Positions 18,053 to 26,623 of a stretch of DNA of 64,000 bases are shown here, piece after piece (position 1 is the first letter of the stretch; the number at the start of each line of letters is the position of its first letter). The position numbers and the translations under genes were made by a program. The notes beneath the pieces were generated by a model that ran no database searches, had not been told where the DNA came from, and saw nothing but the letters and a program-made list of their open reading frames with translations. Location: the NCBI GenBank assembly GCA_038060895.1, contig JBBTCT010000020.1, positions 1-64,000 on the forward strand, given 5' to 3'. This DNA is from Planctomycetota bacterium. Lineage in GTDB: Bacteria; Planctomycetota; MHYJ01; WSZJ01.

Positions 18053-18778
18053 ATGAGTGCCTCCGAGAGCGAATACGGCGTCCCCTTCCCGGGCCGCGAA
18101 GTCCCCCGCGAGCGGTGGACGACGACCGGGCTGCGCGACCCCGGGGGCGCCTTCGACTGGAACGCGGTCTTCGGCCGCGAGGCCCCGCGCGTCGTCGACC
18201 TCGGCTGCGGCAACGGCCGCTTTCTCATCGGCTCCGCGCTCGCCCGCCCCGGCTTCGACCATTTCGGCGTCGACACCGTCCAGGTCGCGATCGACTACGC
18301 GGCCCAGCGCGCGAACCGCCGCGGACTCGCCAACGTCCGTTTCGTCGTCGGCGACGCGGTCGTCTGGATGGAAGAGCGCTTCGCCGCAAATTCGCTCGAC
18401 GAGGTCCACATCTACCATCCGCAGCCGTACTACGAGGCCGACGCGGCGAGCCGTCGGCTGCTCACGCCGGCATTTCTCGAGCGGGCGTGGACGGTGCTGC
18501 GCCCCGGCGGGCTGGTCGTCCTCCAGACCGACAACAAGGACTACTGGACCTACCTGGTCGGCGCGGTGCAGAAACACTTCGAAGTCCAGAGCCTCCCCCT
18601 GGAATGGCCCGAAGCTCCTGACGGCCGCACGCGGCGGGAAATCCAGGCGCGGCAGAAAGGGCTTCGGGTGTGGCGGATGGAGGCGCGCCGCCGGAAGATC
18701 CCGCTCGCGATCGAGATCCCCGCTCCGGACTTCGACGCGAACCGCCCGCGCTTCCGCAAGCGAGGGAAATCGCGCTGA
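18053..18778 (+). CDS. trmB: tRNA (guanine-N7)-methyltransferase
   Basis: VDLGCGNGRFL, LANVRFVVGDA, SLDEVHIYHPQPY, RRLLTPAFL, LQTDNKDY. Confidence 0.85.
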   Translation: MSASESEYGVPFPGREVPRERWTTTGLRDPGGAFDWNAVFGREAPRVVDLGCGNGRFLIGSALARPGFDHFGVDTVQVAIDYAAQRANRRGLANVRFVVGDAVVWMEERFAANSLDEVHIYHPQPYYEADAASRRLLTPAFLERAWTVLRPGGLVVLQTDNKDYWTYLVGAVQKHFEVQSLPLEWPEAPDGRTRREIQARQKGLRVWRMEARRRKIPLAIEIPAPDFDANRPRFRKRGKSR

Positions 18779-18898
18779 GCGGGCTTCGGGGAATCCCCGG
18801 TCGCGGATTCAGGCCGCTTCCCGATGGAGTCGCCCCCGGCCGCCGTGCTGACATCTCCCCCGAGACAGGAACACCGACTCCCTGGGAGGGGACCAGCC

Positions 18899-19186
18899 AT
18901 GAACACGTCTTGCAGCCTGTATGCGCATGTGTCGTGCGACCGGGGCCTGATGGTCCGAATCTTCGAGAGCCTGCGCCACAAAGGCGACGTCCGGACGCGC
19001 GTCCTCTACGGGCGCCTGACCGCGACGGAGTCGTTTTTGGAAGCGGAGCTGTCGGGGAATTCGCACGCGATCGAGGAGGGCGTCCAGGCGTGCCGCGAGC
19101 TCGGCGCTTCCGTGAGCCTGGTTGCATCGCCGCAGTACCGGTACGACGGGGGCGTGGTGGCTTCTCCCCAGATGCCGGCGCTGTGA
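18899..19186 (+). CDS. Small NIL/ferredoxin-like fold protein
   Basis: GGAGG RBS; VRTRVLYGRL...LEAELSG...IEEGVQACRELGASV resembles the NIL domain pattern. Confidence 0.5.
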   Translation: MNTSCSLYAHVSCDRGLMVRIFESLRHKGDVRTRVLYGRLTATESFLEAELSGNSHAIEEGVQACRELGASVSLVASPQYRYDGGVVASPQMPAL

Positions 19187-19203
19187 CGGCTCAGGAGGTA
19201 GTT

Positions 19204-19254
19204 GGTAGGAGGTAGGAACGACCACTCGAACAAGGGTCGTTCCTACCCCCTACC
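19204..19254. terminator. Heptamer-built hairpin between convergent genes (probable bidirectional terminator)
   Basis: GGTAGGAGGTAGGAACGACC / GGTCGTTCCTACCCCCTACC, 19/20 complementary. Confidence 0.6.
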
Positions 19255-19274
19255 CACTGACTTCGGCCGCCTCC

Positions 19275-19643
19275 CTACTTATCACCCGTCGGCACTACAG
19301 TGGACGGCTCCACCATCAGCACCACCGCCCTCTTGGGCGCCCGCGTCCGGTGCAGCACGCCGTGCGGCACCATCAGCCCCTGGCCAGGGCCGAGCTCGAC
19401 GGTTCGGCCTTCGAGGTCGATGAAGAAAGTGCCCTCCAGCACCTGGAAGTACTCGTCCTCGCGGTCGTGCTTGTGCCAGTGGAACTCGCCCTCGAACACG
19501 CCCAGGCGGATGAGCGAGTCGTTCACCTTGCAGAGCGTCTGGTTCCACCACTTCACCGGGCACGCCTTCGCGAGCGCCGCCGCTTCGACAAGCTCGAGCG
19601 GGCCGTACTTCACGTCCATGTGGATGTCGTAGTTGGTTGGCAT
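19275..19643 (-). CDS. Cupin domain protein
   Basis: GEFHWHKHDREDEYFQVLEG...VPHGVLHRT. Confidence 0.9.
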   Translation of the reverse strand: MPTNYDIHMDVKYGPLELVEAAALAKACPVKWWNQTLCKVNDSLIRLGVFEGEFHWHKHDREDEYFQVLEGTFFIDLEGRTVELGPGQGLMVPHGVLHRTRAPKRAVVLMVEPSTVVPTGDK

Positions 19644-19652
19644 GGCGGGATC

Positions 19653-22600
19653 TTAGCGAAACGGATCCGCAATTTCTCCCCCGCCGCGGATGTCAAATTC
19701 GACCGGCTCGGAGACCGCCGGTTTGGGCTTGGGCAACCCGAAGCGCCCCCGCTCCGCCGCAGTCAGCTCCCGCGTTTTCAGTTTCAACGCGGCGGCCTGC
19801 GGGTCGAGCGGGTAGACGGCGGCCCGCTCTTGCGTCCAGGCGATGAATCTCCTGCCGTCCGTGCAGAAAATCGCTTCGGTCGCCTGGTCGGGATTGAGTG
19901 TCAGGATCAGTTTCAGCGACTCGGCTTCGACGAGGCGGACCCCCGAGGCCTGGCCCGCGAGAAGCGCCTTGGACCCGTCCTTGCTGAAGTGGGGGATGAC
20001 GACCTCCTGCTGGGGCCAGCTGAGGCTGGAGAGCAGGAAGCCCTTGCTCGCGTTCCAGAATCGCACGGTGGCATCAGAGCCGGTCGTGAGGAGGTAGGGT
20101 CCCTTCGGCTGAAACTCCAGGCACGAAACCGTCGGCTCGTGCGCGTGGATGCGCCGCACGACTGAGCCGTCCGCGGTGCTCATCACGACGACGTCGGCGG
20201 AGCCCTCCTCGGTGAACGCGACCAGCGAGGCATCGTCGGAAATCGCGGCCTGCGTGACGCGGTCGCTCCCGAACGCGACCACGGACTGTCGATCGCCGGT
20301 GGAAGCCTTCCGGATCTCGCCGCCTGAGGGCGTGAAGACCAGGAACCACTCCCCTCCCGGGCTCCACGCCGCGAGGCGGCGCGCTCTTCCCTCCGGAAGC
20401 CAGCGGTCCAGGATCATGCCCTTGTTCGGCTCGAGGAGCAGGACAGGGCCCTCGTCGAACAGGGCCAGGAGCCGGCCGTCCGTCGGGGAGAGATAGCGGC
20501 GCACGGGGATACGTTCCGGTGGATTCCAGCTCTCCCAGGGTTGGCCCGTGGTCGTACTCACACTCAAGAGCGGATCGTCGATCGAACGCGTCGCGAGCGC
20601 GCTTCCGCCGTCGTGCAGGTAGATCACCGTGCCGAGTTGGGCAGGCGGCAGAATCTCGGAGATTCCACGCCTGCCGCGGAGGTCCCACACCGTGGCTGTG
20701 CCGTCCGCCGAAGCGCTGATGAGCGCGTGGCCCCCCCGGACGTCGAGGGCGCGAATCGTGTTCTCGTGGCCGCGCAGCCTCTTCGGGACGGACTTTACCG
20801 TCAAGTCGCGCACGAAAACGTCGGAGCCCTCCGCCGCCGCAAACGCTTTCCACCCCAGGCAAGCGACGGGTTCCGTCCCGAACGGCCCGACGCGCATCAT
20901 GCCGGAGCCGTCTGCCGCAAAAATCCGCACTTCCCACGCGCCCGCGCGCTTCACCGTCGCGGCGACGCGCCCGTCCCCCTGTGCTTCCAGCCGCATATCC
21001 TCGACCGCGAATTCGAGGTTCAGCGCTCCCGAATGCTCCCCGGACTTCGCTTCCAGCTTGTGAATGGCGCCGTTCAGGGCTCCCACATAGAGGAAGCGCC
21101 CGTCCGGTGTCCACGCGGTGTCGAGGACGGCGTAATGGCTCATGTCGGCTCGGTACAGCTCGTTTCCGGACTCCGCGTCGTAGATCCGGGCGACACCATC
21201 GGGGGATCCCACGGAGATGCTGCGGCCGTCGGGGCTCCAGCGGGCGGAGGTCGCGGGTGACTTCGAGCCTTGAAGCGGCTTTTCAAGGCCGTCGTCGAGG
21301 CTCCACAGGAAAGGCGGAGCCTTCTCGAGCAGGACGACGGCGCGATTCCGCTGCGACACGACGGAGCGGACGGGGCTCCCGAGATCTTCCAGTGCATGCA
21401 CGGGCGTCCCGTGGTGGGCCTCCCACAACCGCACGGCGCCGTCGACTCCCCAGGACAGGAGACTCGCCCCTCCGTCGCAGAACTCCACGCCAGTCACGGA
21501 GCCCCTGTGCCCCAGGACCTGCCAGTTCAAATCCCCGGTGGTCCCATGGAAACAGTGCACGGTTCCTGCCTCACCGCCGGCCGCGACCATTCCGCGCATC
21601 CCGCCCATCGTGACGCAGGACAGCGGCGTCCGCGCTTCGAACCGCCGCCACTCGGACAACTGCGAGAGCGCGGCCATGAGCGCGTCGTTCGCGGCGGGGC
21701 CGGGGGCGCGATCGGCGGCCTCGAGGCCGAGGAGGAGGGAAAGGCCGGGGTTCGTGTCGGCGAGCTGAGTCGCGATCGCCGCAAGGCGCTGGCCCTCCGC
21801 CAGGACGAGCGCTCTCTCCGCCTTCTCCTTCTCCATCTTCGCGTTCGCGGCGCTGGCACGGGCGATCTCCAGCGCGGACGCAGCATTACGGCTCTGGTCG
21901 ATCGCGACCTTCGCGTCCTGCGCCGACTGCTGCGCGTAGACCGTCGAGATGACGGCCGCGGCGACGCAGACGAGGAAGAGCGCGGCAAGCGTAGCGGCGA
22001 GGCCGCGATTGCGGCGGACGAAGCGGCGCACCTGTTCTTCGAGGGAGTAGGTGTAGACCGACAGCGTGCGCCCGTCCCGGAACGCCTTCACTTCGTCGGC
22101 AAGCTGCTTGGCGGACGCCATCCGCTTGTCGCGGTCGCGCTCCATCGCGCTCTCTACCAGGGCCGCGAGCTCCGGCGGCGCTTCGCGCTCGCGGTCCAGC
22201 ACCGGGATCGGGCGCTCGTTCTTCACCGCGTTCATGAGCGTCGCCATGTCCGCGAACAGGAAGGGCATGCAGCCGGTCACGATCTCGTAGAGCATCGCGC
22301 CGAGCGAATAGACGTCGCTCTTCTCGTCCACCAGCTCGATCTTCCCCTGCGCCTGCTCCGGCGGCATGTACGACGGCGTGCCGAGCACGTCGCCGGCATA
22401 GGTCAGCTTCGACGACCCCGTGACCGGGTTCTTCCCGAACGACCGCGTCTGCCCTTTCAGCTTCTCGACGTTCGTGTCGACCTGTCCCTTCACGCACGCC
22501 AGCCCCCAGTCGAGCACCAGCGTTTCCCCGTACTCGCCAAGCATCACGTTCGCGGGCTTGAGGTCGCGGTTCACCACGCCGCGCGAATGCGCGTACGCGA

Positions 22601-23312
22601 CCGCGTTGCACACGTCCGCGAAGGCGTCGAGGAGCGACAGCCGCTTCGCGAGCGCCTCCCCCGGGGTGAGCGCCTTGTCACTGCCGATGGCCTCGAGCCG
22701 CCCCGCCATCGTCTCTCCCCGCACGAACTTCATCGTGTAGAAGATCGACCCGTCGGCGTTCCGGCCGATCTCGTGCACGGGAACGATGTTCGGGTGCTCG
22801 AGCTGCGACGTGATGCGGGCTTCCCTCAGGAAGCGCTCCAGGTCCTGCGTTGACGCGGTCGCGCCGGGCGCGAGGATCTCCTTGATCGCGATGTCGCGGC
22901 CCATGAGCGTGTCGGCGGCGATCAGGATCCGCCCCATCCCGCCGCGCGCGTGCTCCTTCTTCACCTCGTAACGCTTTTCCGGGATCTCGAACCGAAACGT
23001 GTCCGGGCGCGGGGGGCCCGGGAGCTCTTCGCTGCGGATCGTGACGGGCGTGGCCGGCATCGACATCGGCGGCGGCACCATCGACGCCCTGAACGTCGGC
23101 ATCACCGCGGCCGCGTACAGCGACGGATCGAGCCCCGAGGACTCGAGAAAGAAGCGTGCTGCTTCCGGGTCGGCATCCAGACGGTCGACCTCCTCGCGCA
23201 CCGAGGCGCGCCACGCCCCCGCGCCGTCTCCGCCCGCCGCGGCCGCAGCAGCCTGCTCGGGCGTCAGCAGCCCGCGCTTCAGCGCAGCCGCCGCTTCAAG
23301 GAGACGACGCAT
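19653..23312 (-). CDS. Ser/Thr kinase with TM/coiled-coil and WD40 beta-propellers
   Basis: HARGGMG, RDLKPAN, DWG, GTPSYMPPE; GHRGSVTGV, DGAVRLWE, GHENTIRAL, DATVRFWN. Confidence 0.93.
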   Translation of the reverse strand: MRRLLEAAAALKRGLLTPEQAAAAAAGGDGAGAWRASVREEVDRLDADPEAARFFLESSGLDPSLYAAAVMPTFRASMVPPPMSMPATPVTIRSEELPGPPRPDTFRFEIPEKRYEVKKEHARGGMGRILIAADTLMGRDIAIKEILAPGATASTQDLERFLREARITSQLEHPNIVPVHEIGRNADGSIFYTMKFVRGETMAGRLEAIGSDKALTPGEALAKRLSLLDAFADVCNAVAYAHSRGVVNRDLKPANVMLGEYGETLVLDWGLACVKGQVDTNVEKLKGQTRSFGKNPVTGSSKLTYAGDVLGTPSYMPPEQAQGKIELVDEKSDVYSLGAMLYEIVTGCMPFLFADMATLMNAVKNERPIPVLDREREAPPELAALVESAMERDRDKRMASAKQLADEVKAFRDGRTLSVYTYSLEEQVRRFVRRNRGLAATLAALFLVCVAAAVISTVYAQQSAQDAKVAIDQSRNAASALEIARASAANAKMEKEKAERALVLAEGQRLAAIATQLADTNPGLSLLLGLEAADRAPGPAANDALMAALSQLSEWRRFEARTPLSCVTMGGMRGMVAAGGEAGTVHCFHGTTGDLNWQVLGHRGSVTGVEFCDGGASLLSWGVDGAVRLWEAHHGTPVHALEDLGSPVRSVVSQRNRAVVLLEKAPPFLWSLDDGLEKPLQGSKSPATSARWSPDGRSISVGSPDGVARIYDAESGNELYRADMSHYAVLDTAWTPDGRFLYVGALNGAIHKLEAKSGEHSGALNLEFAVEDMRLEAQGDGRVAATVKRAGAWEVRIFAADGSGMMRVGPFGTEPVACLGWKAFAAAEGSDVFVRDLTVKSVPKRLRGHENTIRALDVRGGHALISASADGTATVWDLRGRRGISEILPPAQLGTVIYLHDGGSALATRSIDDPLLSVSTTTGQPWESWNPPERIPVRRYLSPTDGRLLALFDEGPVLLLEPNKGMILDRWLPEGRARRLAAWSPGGEWFLVFTPSGGEIRKASTGDRQSVVAFGSDRVTQAAISDDASLVAFTEEGSADVVVMSTADGSVVRRIHAHEPTVSCLEFQPKGPYLLTTGSDATVRFWNASKGFLLSSLSWPQQEVVIPHFSKDGSKALLAGQASGVRLVEAESLKLILTLNPDQATEAIFCTDGRRFIAWTQERAAVYPLDPQAAALKLKTRELTAAERGRFGLPKPKPAVSEPVEFDIRGGGEIADPFR

Positions 23313-23345
23313 TCACCCTCCGGGGAAAGTCCGACGCGACGCAGT

Positions 23346-25442
23346 CTACTTGCCGCCCTCGAGATCCGGCATGACGCTCCGCAACACGCCGAGGATGTTG
23401 CTGTAGTCGTCGGTCCAGGGACGGCGCGCCGGGTCCGGGACGAGGGCGGTCGCTTCGTTGAAGTCCTTGAGCGGCTCGATGCTCCCGGGGTCCTCGAGTA
23501 TCAGCGTCCACGTCGAGGCGCGCCAGAATCGCTCTTCCTCGGCCCGCGCGCGGACCTGAAGCGCCTTCCAGCCGACGGACTCGGCGCCCCTGGCGACGAC
23601 GGGGGCGAGGTCGAGGAAGTGGTTCGTGATGTGGATCGCGAGCGTGCCGCCCGGTTTCAGGTGCCGGCGGTAGAGCGCGAACGCTTCGGCGGTGAGCAGG
23701 TGCGTCGGGATGGCGTCGCCGGCGAAGGCGTCGACGAGGAGGACATCGAAGTGCTGGTCGGGTTCGCGTTCGAGGGCCAGGCGGCCATCGCCGAGGACGA
23801 CGTCGATCCGGGCAGGCGATCCGGTGAGGTACGTGAACTGCGTGCGGGCGAGGTCGATGATGAGGGGGCTGATTTCATAGAAGCGGTACTCGTCGCCCGC
23901 GCGGCCGTACGACGCGAGGGTCCCGGTGCCGAGGCCGATGACGCCGACCTTCTGGGCGGCGGGGCGGGGGGTGCGGGTGAGGGCTAGAGCCGCACCGGAC
24001 CACGGGGAGTAGTAGGAGGTGGGGAGAAGCGCGCGCGTCGGGTCGAGGAACTGCTCGCCGTGGTTGATGATGCCGTGGCGCAGCATGCGCACGTTGTCCT
24101 TTCCGTCCTTGCTGTGTTTGTCGCTGACACGCAGGCCGCCGTAGAAGTCGCGCACCATCACGCGCTGGCTGGCCTGCAGTCGCCGGTACTGGAACCCGAG
24201 CGCCACCGCGCCGACCACGCCCGCGCAGGCGGCCATGCCCCACGCGGTGCGAAAGAGCCGCTTCGGAATCTTTTCCGGAGGCCCGCGCCGGATCGCGACG
24301 AGCGCGAGCGCCGCGCAGGCGATGAGCCCCAGCGGAAGCTCGGAGTACCCGGAGAAGATGCGCGGCGCGAGGATTCCGACGAACAGTCCACCGAGCGCGC
24401 CGCCGGCCGCGATGCACAGGTAAAACGACGTGAGGTGCGCGGGGTGCGGCCGCAGAAGCGCCAGCTCCCCGTGGCACACCATGCAGCACACGAACAGCCC
24501 GATCGAAAACACGGGGAGCAGCAGCCAGAGCGTCACGCCCTCGGTCTCGGGCCCCAGGAGCAGCGTCATCCCCCCGAGGACGAAAAACAACATCGGCACA
24601 AACGTCCCTCGCCGGTACCAGATGCGCGAGTCGAAGCAGAGGATGAACGTCAGCAGGTACAGGCTGAGCGGCAGCACCCACAGGAACGGCACCGACGCCA
24701 CGTTCTGCGTCAGGTGACAGCTAACACCCATGAGCAGGACCGAAGCGCATGCCGACAGGGCCACCCAGAGGAAGCGGTCGAAGCGCTTCGGCGACGGCGG
24801 CTCCGTTTCCTTCAGCACCGCAACGGCGGCCGTCAGCGCGCGCGAGGACTTCAGCGCGACAGCGCCGCACAGCACCGCGAACCCCCCGTACGCCGCGGAC
24901 CACACGTGCATCTGGCTCCGTAGCCCCAGGAACGGCTCCACGACGACGGGATAGCTGACGAGCGCGACGAGCGAGCCGACGTTCGAGAGCGCGAACAGGC
25001 GCCATGGAAGTCCTTCCGGATGCGCCCGCGCATACCACGCCTGCAGCAGCGGCGACGTCGCCGCAAGCAGCACGTAAGGCAGCCCGACCGAAATCGAAAG
25101 CAGGCCGAGAATCCGCAGCGTCGGGTCCTCCCCGCCGAGCGGCTTCCAGCCCACCGACGGATTTACCGGCAGCACCGCCAGCGACAGCAGCAGCAGCAGC
25201 GAATGGATGCACGCCTGCGTCCCCGGCCGGAAAAACCGGATCAGCCCATGCGCATACAAGTACCCCAGCAGCAGCCCCACCTGGAAAAACAGCAGGCAAG
25301 CGATCCACACCGAAGCCGCCCCCCCGAACCACGGCAGGATCGCCTTCGCCGCCATCGGCTGAACCTGAAACAGCAGAAACGCCGCCGGCGCGATGACGAG
25401 GGCGTGCGCGAGGGTGGAGGGCGGCGCGGGCGGAGAGGACAT
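23346..25442 (-). CDS. Fused MFS/spermidine-synthase-like membrane methyltransferase
   Basis: AFLLFQVQP...LPWFGG, LFALSNVGSL, CHGELA; VGVIGLGTGTLA, DAFAGDAIPTHLLT, WTDDYSN. Confidence 0.9.
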   Translation of the reverse strand: MSSPPAPPSTLAHALVIAPAAFLLFQVQPMAAKAILPWFGGAASVWIACLLFFQVGLLLGYLYAHGLIRFFRPGTQACIHSLLLLLSLAVLPVNPSVGWKPLGGEDPTLRILGLLSISVGLPYVLLAATSPLLQAWYARAHPEGLPWRLFALSNVGSLVALVSYPVVVEPFLGLRSQMHVWSAAYGGFAVLCGAVALKSSRALTAAVAVLKETEPPSPKRFDRFLWVALSACASVLLMGVSCHLTQNVASVPFLWVLPLSLYLLTFILCFDSRIWYRRGTFVPMLFFVLGGMTLLLGPETEGVTLWLLLPVFSIGLFVCCMVCHGELALLRPHPAHLTSFYLCIAAGGALGGLFVGILAPRIFSGYSELPLGLIACAALALVAIRRGPPEKIPKRLFRTAWGMAACAGVVGAVALGFQYRRLQASQRVMVRDFYGGLRVSDKHSKDGKDNVRMLRHGIINHGEQFLDPTRALLPTSYYSPWSGAALALTRTPRPAAQKVGVIGLGTGTLASYGRAGDEYRFYEISPLIIDLARTQFTYLTGSPARIDVVLGDGRLALEREPDQHFDVLLVDAFAGDAIPTHLLTAEAFALYRRHLKPGGTLAIHITNHFLDLAPVVARGAESVGWKALQVRARAEEERFWRASTWTLILEDPGSIEPLKDFNEATALVPDPARRPWTDDYSNILGVLRSVMPDLEGGK

Positions 25443-25448
25443 TGGAGA
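25423..25448. repeat. Direct repeat copy 1 (spans the start codon of the spermidine-synthase-like gene)
   Basis: 24/26 identical to 26194-26219. Confidence 0.75.
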
Positions 25449-25500
25449 AGTCTACCCCTGCCGGGAATGGCTGCGCCTTCTACATTCCTCGGGCGGGCTG

Positions 25501-25674
25501 CTACTTTCCCTTCGAGCGAGCCTTGCCCTTCAACTCAAGCACGAGTCGGTGCGCTTCCTCAAGCCAGCGGATCTTTTCGGAAAACGGGAGCCGCGCCATT
25601 CGCTTCAGTTGCGCCTGACGGTGGTCCTCCCAGCCGCAGGGCCAGGCTTTTCCGGAGCGAGATGCTCTCGCCAT
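25501..25674 (-). CDS. 57-aa partner of the nucleotidyltransferase (putative TA component; below the track cutoff)
   Basis: TAAATG coupling to the upstream gene; MARASRSGKAWPCGWEDHRQAQLKRMARLPFSEKIRWLEEAHRLVLELKGKARSKGK*. Confidence 0.7.
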   Translation of the reverse strand: MARASRSGKAWPCGWEDHRQAQLKRMARLPFSEKIRWLEEAHRLVLELKGKARSKGK

Positions 25675-26175
25675 TTACTTCTCCCTTCCCAACGATTGGA
25701 GAGCCCTGATGTCCTGCAGATCCTGCGGACGACCCGCCTTTCGCTTCAGGAAAAGCAGGTCCTTGTATCCCGCGATACTCGCCCTCACCCCCGGCACAAC
25801 CTCCAGCCGCCTTCTCCGCGAGAATGCCTTCGCGAAAGGAAATGGAGCCTTCACGAACAGATCAACTTCTGTCATCGCGTATCTATCGCTGAAGAGCGAA
25901 AAGACCTTCATGTTCCTCTTCCGGACCCACAGCGAGCGAAGGCGGGAATCCGCGAATTGCTCGATGGAAACCGGGACTCGCGGTCGATAGCCCAGCTTTC
26001 GGAAAACCTCGAGGGCTCGTAGCAAGTTCTTCTCTTTCAGGTCCACGATGAGATCCACATCTGCCGTCATCCGGACGTAGCCGTGAGCGACGACCGCGAG
26101 TCCCCCGACCAGGAGGTAGCGCACGCGGGCTCGGTTGAGGGCACGGAAAATCGTCTGGACGGCCGCGGAATCCAT
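25675..26175 (-). CDS. Nucleotidyltransferase family protein (DUF6036/AbiEii-like)
   Basis: YLLVGGLAVVAHGYVRMTADVDL, EVDLF, DLLFLKRKAGRPQDLQDI. Confidence 0.85.
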   Translation of the reverse strand: MDSAAVQTIFRALNRARVRYLLVGGLAVVAHGYVRMTADVDLIVDLKEKNLLRALEVFRKLGYRPRVPVSIEQFADSRLRSLWVRKRNMKVFSLFSDRYAMTEVDLFVKAPFPFAKAFSRRRRLEVVPGVRASIAGYKDLLFLKRKAGRPQDLQDIRALQSLGREK

Positions 26176-26193
26176 GGGCCCAAGTCTAAGCGA

Positions 26194-26219
26194 GGCTCGG
26201 GCGGGGAGGACATTGGAGA
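26194..26219. repeat. Direct repeat copy 2
   Basis: 24/26 identical to 25423-25448. Confidence 0.75.
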
Positions 26220-26283
26220 TTGTACGCGGGGAAACGAGCCCAATTGTCCTTTTCAGAAGGACAATTCCGACAAAAGTTGTCCT

Positions 26284-26586
26284 TCATGGAAGGACAAGTG
26301 GGGAGGCAGCGGTTCCGTGACTCCAGAGCGCCGCAGCGTCGATTGCCTTGAGTGCCGCGTGGCGATCGGCGCCGTAAACCGCGGGCAGAAGCAACCACGT
26401 CAATCGTCCGAGCTCCGCCTCGACGGGAATGTCGATGAATATCGGTCCTGAGTCATCGATTGCGCGGACGCATAGCGCTTCGAGCTTGTAAGAGTCAGCT
26501 GTGCCCAACCTTGCAAGGCCTGATCCCGTCAGAAGCACGGGCTGGTCTTGCCCGAGTAACGCTTCAAGGTACTTCCAAGCATCCAC
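26284..26586 (-). CDS. Hypothetical protein or remnant
   Basis: 100-aa ORF filling the gap after the kinase; lower GC; no recognised motif. Confidence 0.35.
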   Translation of the reverse strand: MDAWKYLEALLGQDQPVLLTGSGLARLGTADSYKLEALCVRAIDDSGPIFIDIPVEAELGRLTWLLLPAVYGADRHAALKAIDAAALWSHGTAASPLVLP

Positions 26587-26623
26587 GGAAAAAGAGCTCG
26601 CCGAATCAGAAAGCGACGTTTGC

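Noticed and set aside
24900-26620. Integron cassette array or IS element
   Set aside because: No integrase or transposase, and no convincing attC core-site pairs or terminal inverted repeats seen.
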